64,000 nt of DNA from the NCBI GenBank assembly GCA_950097015.1, contig CATNEN010000005.1:1054001-1118000 (forward strand), given 5' to 3'. The translations under genes and the position numbers were made by a program. The notes beneath the pieces are model-generated. The model searched no databases. It saw only the letters and a program-made list of their open reading frames with translations, and was not told the origin of the DNA. The first letter of the stretch is position 1, and every line of letters begins with the position of its first letter. Below, one piece after another: positions 54,501 through 64,000 of this stretch. The DNA is from Macrostomum hystrix (Eukaryota > Animalia > Platyhelminthes).

Positions 54501-55590
54501 TTCGTCGCGATCTAGAAGCCCGCTTTGGCCAGGGTCTAATCTCCGAGCACGATCTGGTTAGCGCCGCTCTCTATCCGAAGGTGTTCGACGAATTCGCCGA
54601 ATTCCGGCGTCAATATGGCGACGTTTCTAAGCTTACAACGCGCAGCTTCTTCCAGGGGCCGAAGATTGCCGAAGAGTTGGAGCTATGCCTGGACAAAGGC
54701 ATCACCGTCTATGTGAAGAGTTTGGCTGTGACTGAGCCGGATAAAGTTGGGCAGCGCAGGTAAGCAGCAGTTTTTCTAATTGCAAACTAAGGCGACGAAA
54801 GTAGAGTTGTGCCGGAGTGAGGTGGTTGTGCCGGAGTGAGGTGGTTGTGCCGGAGTGAGGTGGTTGTGCCGGAGTGAGGTGGTTGTACCGGAGTGAGTTG
54901 GTTGTGCCGGAGTGAGGTGGTTGTGCCGGAGTGAGGTGGTTGTGCCGGAGTGAGGTGGTTGTGCCGGAGTGAGGTGGTTGTACCGGAGTGAGTTGGTTGT
55001 GCCGGAGTGAGGTGCTTGTGCCGGAGTTAGGTGGTTGTGCCGGAGTGAGGTGGCTGTGCCGGAGTGAAGTGGCTGTGCCGGAGTGAGGTGGTTGTGCCGG
55101 AGTGAGGTGGTTGTGCCGGAGTGAGGTGGTTGTGCCGGAGTGAGGTGCTTGTGCCGGAGTGGGTGGTTCGGTGTGAGTTTGTGGGTGCGAGGTGAGGCAC
55201 GCGGCGACTATTATCAAAGTAACTATAAGTAATAAAAAACTGTAAACACCAAACCGCAGATGCTTTTTCGAGGTAAACGGTCAATTGCGCATGCTACACA
55301 CCCGTGATCGTGTGGCTTCGAAGGGCATGGTGTTTCGGCGCAAAGCCCAACCGACAGTCGACAAAGGCGAAGTAGGCGCGCCAATGCCCGGCGAAGTGCT
55401 GAATGTACGCGTGAAGGCTGGCGAGTTAGTGACTAAAGGCCAGGCTCTGCTAACACTGTCGGCAATGAAGATGGAGCTAACTGTCACCAGTCCCCTTTGT
55501 GGCACAGTCAAAAGTGTGTGGATCAAAGTGGGCGACAAGGTTGAGGGCGACGATCTTGTAGTATCTGTTGAGGCTAGCAAAGTCGACTGA
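45537..55590 (+). CDS. PC: Pyruvate carboxylase, 1168 aa, 12 exons: 45537-45875, 46335-46685, 47624-47932, 48676-48915, 49667-49895, 50559-50651, 50719-51092, 52181-52395, 53048-53561, 54010-54212, 54451-54759, 55260-55590
   Basis: [112 protein letters not shown]|[10 protein letters not shown] and biotin site AMKM. All junctions are phase-consistent; total 3507 nt. Confidence 0.96.
45972..46180 (+). mobile_element. CORE-SINE-like copy with 3' tail (5'-truncated) in PC intron 1
   Basis: TTGTGTCCTTTAGCAAGAAACTTTACTCTGCATTGCTTCAGTTCGCCCAGCTGTTAAATTGGTACCAG is highly similar to 21722-21790; ends in (ATT)n. Confidence 0.7.
46775..47286. repeat. 33-bp minisatellite (AAAGTTAGGCTGATGTACATTCAATGTACAGTG)n in PC intron 2
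   Basis: 33-bp period, giving 11-aa ORF repeats. Confidence 0.94.
47975..48620. repeat. 31-bp minisatellite (GACCCATTTCAAGACGATTCTGACCCACCTC)n in PC intron 3
   Basis: Visible period. Confidence 0.92.
48945..49640. repeat. 24-bp degenerate repeat (GACACATGTTAGACAGTGAACAAA) with a 295-bp internal duplication in PC intron 4
   Basis: GATAGTTCACAAAGACACCTGTTAGAAACTAAATAATG occurs at 49086 and 49381. Confidence 0.85.
49962..50470. repeat. 10-bp repeat (AGAGTCAGGG)n in PC intron 5
   Basis: Direct observation. Confidence 0.95.
51230..52130. repeat. GA-rich low-complexity tracts in PC intron 7 (about 51230-51795 and 51960-52130)
   Basis: Nearly pure purine on the + strand, interrupted by about 160 bp of unique sequence. 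Confidence 0.92.
53575..53850. repeat. 21-bp repeat (GATCAAGGATACCTGTTCATA) in PC intron 9
   Basis: Visible period. Confidence 0.88.
54255..54396. mobile_element. Small fold-back (MITE-like) element enclosing (CCCTAA)5
   Basis: Perfect 17-bp inverted repeat GACATTTTACTGCCAGC (54255-54271) / GCTGGCAGTAAAATGTC (54380-54396), with telomeric hexamers at 54293-54322. No clear TSD. Confidence 0.65.
54808..55160. repeat. 19-bp minisatellite (GTGCCGGAGTGAGGTGGTT)n in PC intron 11
   Basis: Visible period. Confidence 0.93.
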
Positions 55591-56224
55591 GCACACAGGA
55601 CTTTTTTGAGCTGGTTGCTACTTCTGTGCAGACAAAATTGACTTGCAAACGATACTTTTATACTTAAAAATAGCAAACGAATAATTAGTGGTAGATGAAC
55701 AAACCTGTCAAACAAATGAAGTTTCTGTTTTGACAATCTGAAAAGTCGACTCCACATTTCTGGGACAATTGACGATTGCGTAATAGAAGGCGGTTTAAAA
55801 ATAAACCCGGAAACAGTTTTAGGCTAGCCAGAATCGTGAAGTCGACTGTGTGACTATTTGAAGGTCATTTAAACTATTTTAAACGATTTCGAGCGTAATA
55901 AATAAAAAACGCGTAAAAAGACGACCGCACACAGGCAAGTACAATAATTTGTGTATAGCAAAAAATTCGCTTATTTTATTTATTTCTATTAGATTGGTGC
56001 GGGACATTTAGCCACTGATCCGCCCTCGGTTAATGTGGGTGCTTTGAAAAGCGATAGAGTCGGTTGTCTACCAGCCCAGCTACCCGCGGAACTGTCACTG
56101 AGAGAGGGGGGGAGAAGAAGAGGAGAGATGGAAGGGTTCAGTGGATGTTGGGAGTGGTCCTATTGGCCTCAGGCTAGCCAGTCCCACTCGTCCCATAGGC
56201 CACGTGCATAATGGCCATGCCTAC

Positions 56225-56785
56225 TGTAGTGTCGGCATGTTTTTATAATGCGTATATTTCTACTTGCAGTAACTTATTCGCGCACGTCAATATTATGAAT
56301 TATTTTAATGTATCTGATAGGTTAGTTGTTTGTACATGCGCACCCCAGCCAGGCCTAACACGCGACCGGCCGGTCACCCCTGCTCTACAGCCAAGGCATC
56401 AGACTAGCCCTGGTCTGGTGGGCCCAACCAATGGGAGGACGGCTAGCCGATTGAGGTGAACCGACTTAAGTGCGACACCCCGAGCCGGGCCAATCAGCAG
56501 CCGGTTCGTTAACCGTCAGGGTCGACCTGGCAGAAGAACAAGCGGCGCGGCCGGCACCCAGGCTTTGATGAGGGCTGGGGCGGGCGCTTGACTATAAAAC
56601 TGACTATTGCGCTGAAATATTGTTCTCATGTGATTCTGGTCTCGCGTTTGACCTTGCTCTTGCTCTTGATCTTGATATTGTTCTCATTCGTGTTACGCAT
56701 CCTAGTAAATAGATACCGGGACAGGTAAACCGGTCCAACTAGTTAGTCAAAGAAAACCCCCACACTCAACCCCACGTCAGTAAGT
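56225..56785 (+). promoter_or_regulatory. Pol II promoter-like or LTR-like segment
   Basis: CCAAT at 56428 and 56490, GGGGCGGG at 56577, TATAAAA at 56593, AGTAAA at 56704, then CA|GTAAGT at 56779/56780. No partner LTR, TSD or downstream ORF found. Confidence 0.4.
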
Positions 56786-57777
56786 AGCTTGCGCTGAGCT
56801 CGGTACGTCTGGCCAACTGCTGACGGAGTGTTAGATAGGGATTGGCAAGCACGGAAGCACTCTCCATATCACCGACAATCATCGGTGGGACGCCGTCGAA
56901 CAGACATTAGGTGTGGCACGATAGAACTATCGTTGTGCCATAGTGCAGAAGTGCTTGCTGGTCGCCTCGGTTTTATGTTAGGGATTTTGGTTAGGTTTCG
57001 CGTTATTTGTCTTGTTTGTTATAGGGACTATCTGTTTGTCTAGGATTTATTTGTGTTGTTTATCGTGTCGTATTATCGAGTAGAGTTCGTGTTTTGTGTT
57101 GCGGTTATCGAGATTTTGTTAGTGCGAATTGTGAATTGGATTGAATTAAGTACAGTACCTGGCAGGGGACGAAAAGAGCGCTGCCAGGGGAATTGATCAG
57201 TGATCATAGCTTTCTCTTATTTACTGGTTAACACTTAAATATCAGCTGTTTAGCTTGGAATTTGAATCGTCTTGTCTTCGTTATTTCGAGTTGCGAAAAG
57301 AGAATCTCTCACAAAGAGTAGGACACCCGACCTCATTTAGGAATCTCAACGTAAAGAGAGACCTAAGTCAAAATATCACACTACCCCAAGCTGTGCTCGA
57401 AACCGGCGAAAAGTCTAAGGGAATTTGGATTGCCCGGAATCGGACAAGACAGGGCCTGGGTAGCCTACTGTCGCCAGAAATTTTGTGAGTAGAAAAATGA
57501 TGATAATATTGGAGGTTTTTTTACACCAGGCACCTGGACGAGAATCATTGAATATCTCGATTCTAATTCTCATGGAAGTTGTTTCATCGCATAGAGCGGA
57601 AAATTTTAGCCTGTTTGTTGGAATTTCGTGGCGATTGGTTGAATAATTTAGGAGATAAAGAGAAAAAATCGAAATGTCCCATCGTAGTCTTTCGACTGAA
57701 AAAGTCTTGACTCGGAATAAGCCTTCAAATTCTCAACTTTAAATTAGACTGCACAAGTACGTAAATCAGTACTTCAG

Positions 57778-60700
57778 TCAGCTGTACAAGGCAGTTTTAA
57801 TCCAGCCGCTAGAGAATACGGCAATGACTCCAGCCATGCTGCTCAGCATGCCGATCACGTTTAATGTCAGGGCCATTCGACCCTGGTTGCTAGCCTGTCT
57901 GCGCCAGTTGTCGCCCTGGCGTTGCGTAAGAAACCTGTGTGAACGCAGCGAGAATACCAGTGCCAAAATGCCGAATGGCATATTGATGAACAGGGCGGTT
58001 AATACTGACATCAGCAGGTAGGTTGTTCGATTGGCATTAGCTTTGCTGGCTGGCTCGGTCGACGGAATCGAATCGTGGTCGAAATGGTCGTCTAGGCGTG
58101 ACAGATATAGATACGATGTCCGGGGCGGCTCTGGAATACGGTGGTATGATGCGACAAAAAAATTATGATAATGGACTGGATGAAACGGTCTTTACCTTTG
58201 GATACGAAAGTATAGGATGGGGTGAGTGAAACAGCATGTACACTGGGGACGAAAAAGGAGGATGGGGTGGGTGCGACTGTCTGTTTACTGAGGGACGAAA
58301 GTGGAGGATGGGGTGGGTGCGACAGTCTGTTCACTGGGGGACGCGAAAGTGGAGGATGGGGTGCGTGCGACAGTCTGTTCACTGGGGGACGAAAGTGGAG
58401 GATGGGGTGGGTGCGACAGTCTGCTCACTGGGGGACGAAAGTGGAGGATGGGGTGCAACACGATTTTGCTTTGGACAACTCCGGGCTGCCTCAGCTAAGT
58501 GAGATTTTGTTCAACTTGCAGTAATAAACACGAAAGTATGCTTTACTAATATTTCATGCATGCACTTTTTCTGGACCCTGTCTTATGTCTGTCTTTACAA
58601 TGCCAAATATGATTGATTTAACTAGTCCTATCTGCTCTTTCGATTCCAAAATCTTCGAAAATTCATGGCTTTAATTAAAAATTTATAAGCAACTTAAAAT
58701 GGCTAGCAAAATATATGTGACAGACAGTGTTGTTGCCGACTCCCAAACAACGCATATAAAATTCAAGTGCATCTAAATATAATTTTGGGTAGCCACAATA
58801 GGCAAGATTGAGAAATATCAAAACGGAGTGAGAGAGAATGTCCTGCGTAAAATTTAGCTGACAGCTAGAGAAAGTGAGAGCTAAATGAAATGCATGCGGC
58901 CCCTGTGCATACTCAGCTAATGAAGATCCCACGCCGCCTTGACAAATCCCATTGGGGGAACATTGATAAATTAGATAGTAATTTGCCAAGTCATGCTCCA
59001 GTGAGTGATCAAGTCCAGAAAGGTAGTGCGGGGGGAACTCACTCTATGTCTATGAGGATCTGATTAGTTGGATTCCAATCGAATCTGATTTACGAATTGA
59101 TGACGCGCCGCTGACTAACTCAGGCGCGAATCAACTCAGAGGTTGACGGGGGGTAATTTACAGGCCCTACTAATGGAGCCCTAATAGTTGAATGAGTGCA
59201 CTTGCAAGCCTGTCCATGCGAGATTTACTAAGCCATCAGTTTTTTATACTGTGCTTGCCAAATTGGCAGACAAGTACATAGAAAGAGAAGTACTTTTTAT
59301 ATTTGAAGTCGGGATCCCAAGGAACAGGTGTACTGTAGTTTAATTGAGTTGGGATCCAAAGGAACAGGTGTACTGTAGTTTAATTGAGTTGCGATCCAAA
59401 GGAACAAATGTACTGTAGTTTAATTGAGTTGGGATCCAAAGGAACAGGTGTACTGTAGTTTAATTGAGTTGGGATCCAAAGGAACAGGTGTACTGTAGTT
59501 TAATTGAGTTGCGATCCAAAGGAACAGGTGTACTGTAGTTTAATTGAGTTGGGATCCAAAGGAACAGGTGTACTGTAGTTTAATTGAGCTGGGATCTCAA
59601 GGAACAGGTGTACTGTAGTTTAATTGAGTTGTGATCCAAAGGAACAGGTGTACTGTAGTTTAATTGAGTTGGGATCCAAAGGAACAAATGTACTGTAGTT
59701 TAATTGAGTTGGGATCCAAAGGAACAGGTGTACTGTAGTTTAATTGAGTTACGATCCAAAGGAACAGGTGTACTGTAGTTTAATTGAGTTGGCATCCAAA
59801 GGAACAGGTGTACTGTAGTTTAATTGAGTTGGGATCCAAAGGAACAGGTGTACTGTAGTTTAATTGAGTTGGGATCCAAAGGAACAGGTGTACTGTAGTT
59901 TAATTGAGTTGCGATCCAAAGGAACAGGTGTACTGTAGTTTAATTGAGTTGGGATCCAAAGGAACAGGTGTACTGTAGTTTAATTGAGCTGGGATCTCAA
60001 GGAACAGGTGTACTGTAGTTTAATTGAGCTGGGATCTCAAGGAACAGGTGTACTGTAGTTTAATTGAGTTGCGATCCAAAGGAACAGGTGTACTGTAGTT
60101 TAATTGAGTTGTGATCCAAAGGAACAGGTGTACTGTAGTTTAAATGAGTTGGGATCCAAAGGAACAGGTGTACTGTAGTTTAATTGAGTTGGGATCCAAA
60201 GGAACAGGTTTACTGTAGTTTAATTGAGTTGTGATCCAAAGGAACAGGTGTACTGTAGTTTAATTGAGCTGGGATCTCAAGGAACAGGTGTACTGTAGTT
60301 TAATTGAGTTGGCATCCAAAGGAACAGGTGTACTGTAGTTTAATTGAGTTGGCATCCAAAGGAACAGGTGTACTGTAGTTTAATTGAGTTGGCATCCAAA
60401 GGAACAGGTGTACTGTAGTTTAATTGAGTTGGCATCCAAAGGAACAGGTGTACTGTAGTTTAATTGAGTTGGCATCCAAAGGAACAGGTGTACTGTAGTT
60501 TAATTGAGTTGGGATCTCAAGGAACAGGTGTACTGTAGTTTAATTGAGTTGGGATCTCAAGGAACAGGTGTACTGTAGTTTAATTGAGCTGGGATCTCAA
60601 GGAACAGGTGTACTGTAGTTTAATTGAGTTGGGATCTCAAGGAACAGGTGTACTGTAGTTTAATTGAGCTGGGATCTCAAGGAACAGGTGTACTGTAGTT

Positions 60701-62270
60701 TAATTGAGCTGGGATCTCAAGGAACAGGTGTACTGTAGTTTAATTGAGCTGGGATCTCAAGGAACAGGTGTACTGTAGTTTAATTGAGTTGGGATCCAAA
60801 GGAACAGGTGTACTGTAGTTTAATTGAGTTGGCATCCAAAGGAACAGGTGTACTGTAGTTTAATTGAGTTGGCATCCAAAGGAACAGGTGTACTGTAGTT
60901 TAATTGAGTTGGCATCCAAAGGAACAGGTGTACTGTAGTTTAATTGAGCTGGGATCCCAAGGAACAGGTGTACTGTAGTTTAATTGAGTTGGCATCCAAA
61001 GGAACAGGTGTACTGTAGTTTAATTGAGTTGGCATCCAAAGGAACAGGTGTACTGTAGTTTAATTGAGTTGGGATCTCAAGGAACAGGTGTACTGTAGTT
61101 TAATTGAGTTGGGATCTCAAGGAACAGGTGTACTGTAGTTTAATTGAGTTGGGATCTCAAGGAACAGGTGTACTGTAGTTTAATTGAGTTGGCATCCAAA
61201 GGAACAGGTGTACTGTAGTTTAATTGAGTTGGGATCTCAAGGAACAGGTGTACTGTAGTTTAATTGAGCTGGGATCTCAAGGAACAGGTGTACTGTAGTT
61301 TAATTGAGTTGCGATCCAAAGGAACAGGTGTACTGTAGTTTAATTGAGCTGGGATCTCAAGGAACAGGTGTACTGTAGTTTAATTGAGTTGGCATCCAAA
61401 GGAACAGGTGTACTGTAGTTTAATTGAGTTGGCATCCAAAGGAACAGGTGTACTGTAGTTTAATTGAGTTGGGATCTCAAGGAACAGGTGTACTGTAGTT
61501 TAATTGAGTTGTGATCCAAAGGAACAGGTGTACTGTAGTTTAATTGAGCTGGGATCTCAAGGAACAGGTGTACTGTAGTTTAATTGAGCTGGGATCTCAA
61601 TGAACAGGTGTACTGTAGTTTAATTGAGCTGGGATCCAAAGGAACAGGTGTACTGTAGTTTAATTGAGCTGGGATCTCAAGGAACAGGTGTACTGTAGTT
61701 TAATTGAGCTGGGATCCAAAGGAACAGGTGTACTGTAGTTTAATTGAGCTGGGATCTCAAGGAACAGGTGTACTGTAGTTTAATTGAGCTGGGATCTCAA
61801 GGAACAGGTGTACTGTAGTTTAATTGAGCTGGGATCCAAAGGAACAGGTGTACTGTAGTTTAATTGAGCTGGGATCCAAAGGAACAGGTGTACTGTAGTT
61901 TAATTGAGTTGGCATCCAAAGGAACAGGTGTACTGTAGTTTAATTGAGCTGGGATCCAAAGGAACAGGTGTACTGTAGTTTAATTGAGTTGGCATCCAAA
62001 GGAACAGGTGTACTGTAGTTTAATTGAGTTGGCATCCAAAGGAACAGGTGTACTGTAGTTTAATTGAGCTGGGATCCAAAGGAACAGGTGTACTGGATTT
62101 GGCTTAATACAGTTTGTAGTATATCCATTAAACAGCAATCAAAGCTTACCAATGTTACATTCCATTATTCTATGATCGACCAAAGTTTCTACGCCATTAA
62201 CTTTCTCTGCACTAGTGGCCTCCTTAACAGTGGAAAGTTCAGCTTCGTGTACATGATGACTAGTCTCCAT
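57778..62270 (-). CDS. CD225/dispanin-family (IFITM/PRRT-like) membrane protein, 157 aa, 2 exons: 62270-62150 and 58130-57778
   Basis: TTYLLMSVLTALFINMPFGILALVFS...GRMALTLNVIG resembles the CD225 domain. Exon 1 METSHHVHEAEL...MECNI-G|GTAAGC is phase 1 and joins TTCCAG|AG-PPRT (phase 1); total 474 nt. Confidence 0.7.
58243..58455. repeat. About 45-bp repeat (CTGGGGACGAAAGTGGAGGATGGGGTGGGTGCGACAGTCTGTTCA), 4-5 copies
   Basis: Visible recurrence in the CD225 gene intron. Confidence 0.85.
59311..62095. repeat. 40-bp satellite (GGAACAGGTGTACTGTAGTTTAATTGAGTTGGGATCCAAA)n, about 69 copies
   Basis: Exact 40-bp register throughout; variation is almost confined to the GAG(T/C)T-G(G/C/T)(G/C)ATC(CA/TC)AA segment. 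Confidence 0.97.
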
Positions 62271-62604
62271 GCGTTACGAACACTCTGTTGAGTTGCCTTT
62301 TAGTTACATGTGCCCGGATATAAAAGTTCGACACAAAATTGCTTTTGCCAACTCTCGCTGGCGATCAGCTCCTGATTGGCTAAGAGTATGGCTGAGTCCA
62401 TTAGCTTTGGGAGAACTTTTTAGTAAAAAATGTTGGATACTTTGCACGAGAATAGTTTTTTGTAAAAAAAAACGAATGCAGTAAAATTTGGAAATCGTTA
62501 CTGACTTTGCAAATGGCTTCTGATTCTATGAAATGAAATTGAAATCAACTGAAAGATAATTTCTTGCAGCCCGATGTAGAGAGAGTTTGAAAATAGAAAA
62601 TGTA

Positions 62605-63415
62605 ACACAGATGGCAGAGATTGGTTAGACACCAAGGAATCTAACACAGATGGCAGAGATTGGTTAGACACAAAGGAATCTAACACACAGATGGGTTAGA
62701 CACTGGGAATCTAACACAGAGATGGGTTAGACACTGGGGAATCTAACACACAGATGGGTTAGACACTGGGGAATCTATAACAGATGGGTTAGACACTGGG
62801 GAATCTATAACAGATGGGTTAGACACTGGGGAATCTATAACAGATGGGTTAGACACTGGGGAATCTATAACAGATGGGTTAGACACTGGGGAATCTATAA
62901 CAGATGGGTTAGACACTGGGGAATCTATAACAGATGGGTTAGACACTGGGGAATCTATAACAGATGGGTTAGACACTGGGGAATCTATAACAGATGGGTT
63001 AGACACTGGGGAATCTATAACAGATGGGTTAGACACTGGGGAATCTATAACAGATGGGTTAGACACTGGGGAATCTATGACAGATGGTTTAGACACTGGG
63101 GAATCTATAACAGATGGGTTAGACACTGGGGAATCTATAACAGATGGGTTAGACACTGGGGAATCTATAACAGATGGGTTAGACACTGGGGAATCTATAA
63201 CAGATGGGTTAGACACTGGGGAATCTATAACAGATGGGTTAGACACTGGGGAATCTATAACAGATGGGTTAGACACTGGGGAATCTATAACAGATGGGTT
63301 AGACACTGGGGAATCTATAACAGATGGGTTAGACACTGGGGAATCTATAACAGATGGGTTAGACACTGGGGAATCTATAACAGATGGGTTAGACACTGGG
63401 GAATCTAACACACAG
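62605..63415. repeat. 30-bp satellite (AGACACTGGGGAATCTATAACAGATGGGTT)n, about 22 near-identical copies plus degenerate leading units
   Basis: Exact 30-bp register from about 62750. Confidence 0.96.
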
Positions 63416-64000
63416 ATAGTTTAGACTTTAGACATGTAAAAAATCAAAAGTCTATCTAACAGAGCCAGCCTAATGAACGGACCAAATAATATTAGGTAAT
63501 CTAATAACCTGCGATGGCACACAATGTCCACGCCTATTTAGCGAAAGCAGAAGAGAGCACGGGTTTGTTTAAATCCTCAAATTCTGAATACCAAGCACGC
63601 AAACGTATATATGGCTTGTGAGTTTGGCCGAAATTAAATTGACTAACAAAGTTAATTTAAGAAGCACTTTTATTAGTTGCTAGGCCTTTCGGCTTTCTGC
63701 TAGATAGAGTGCAACTTGCAGCTTTAACCTGAAATGTATGTATTTTAATTTCATTAGGGAAAAACGTAATAAATAAAACAATTCGTTACTTACAGATGTA
63801 ACGAATAACTGCAATTAACGGTACCGGGCTAAACTTGGTAACTTCACAGCATTGGTTACATTTCAACGATATGTTAATAAATAAACGATGCTCTTAAATA
63901 ATTAGAATAGCTGTTCAGACCAGCGTTTAGAAGCTACGCACTTTTAATAGCCTAGGTGGTCGAGAGTTCGAATCTTTAAGCCCAAAAGGGAAACAATTAA

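Noticed and set aside
58196-58242. 47-nt extra coding exon of the CD225 gene
   Set aside because: Length is not a multiple of 3, so it frameshifts the model; kept only as a possible poison exon.
59311-62095. CRISPR-like array (constant repeat plus variable part)
   Set aside because: The variable part is only about 12 bp drawn from a few related variants, there are no unique spacers or cas genes, and the context is a eukaryotic intron.
62743-63424. DSPVSNPSVI / TDGLDTGESI repeat ORFs
   Set aside because: The 30-bp satellite is a multiple of 3 and lacks stops in these frames; no other support.

Overview
Eukaryotic (metazoan) genomic DNA with GT-AG introns, most long introns filled by a gene-specific minisatellite. 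The style (repeat-stuffed introns, polyQ/polyA tracts in exons, tightly packed same-strand genes) most resembles a free-living flatworm such as Macrostomum; this is inference only. All exon models were built by hand from reading-frame continuity and splice sites. + strand, in order: last exon of an inorganic pyrophosphatase; a 3-exon universal stress protein (USP) gene whose intron 1 holds a very young Ty3/gypsy LTR retrotransposon (identical 207-bp LTRs, 5-bp TSD, in-frame loss of the first RNase H catalytic motif); BRD10/KIAA2026-like (9 exons); NUBP1 (2 exons); SFMBT-like (4 exons, no genomic start codon found); a previously unassembled 8-exon voltage-sensor-domain-only (Hv1/TMEM266-like) gene with a divergent S4; and pyruvate carboxylase (12 exons). 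- strand: a 2-exon CD225/dispanin gene split by a 2.8-kb 40-bp satellite. Also present: a hAT-type MITE with 8-bp TSD, two CORE-SINE-like copies, a telomere-repeat-containing fold-back element and about 25 tandem arrays. The strongest leads are (i) a putative SL trans-spliced operon (BRD10-NUBP1-SFMBT) in which the spliced leader may supply the SFMBT initiator AUG, and (ii) the divergent Hv-like voltage sensor. Repeat boundaries are approximate (about +/-20 bp).
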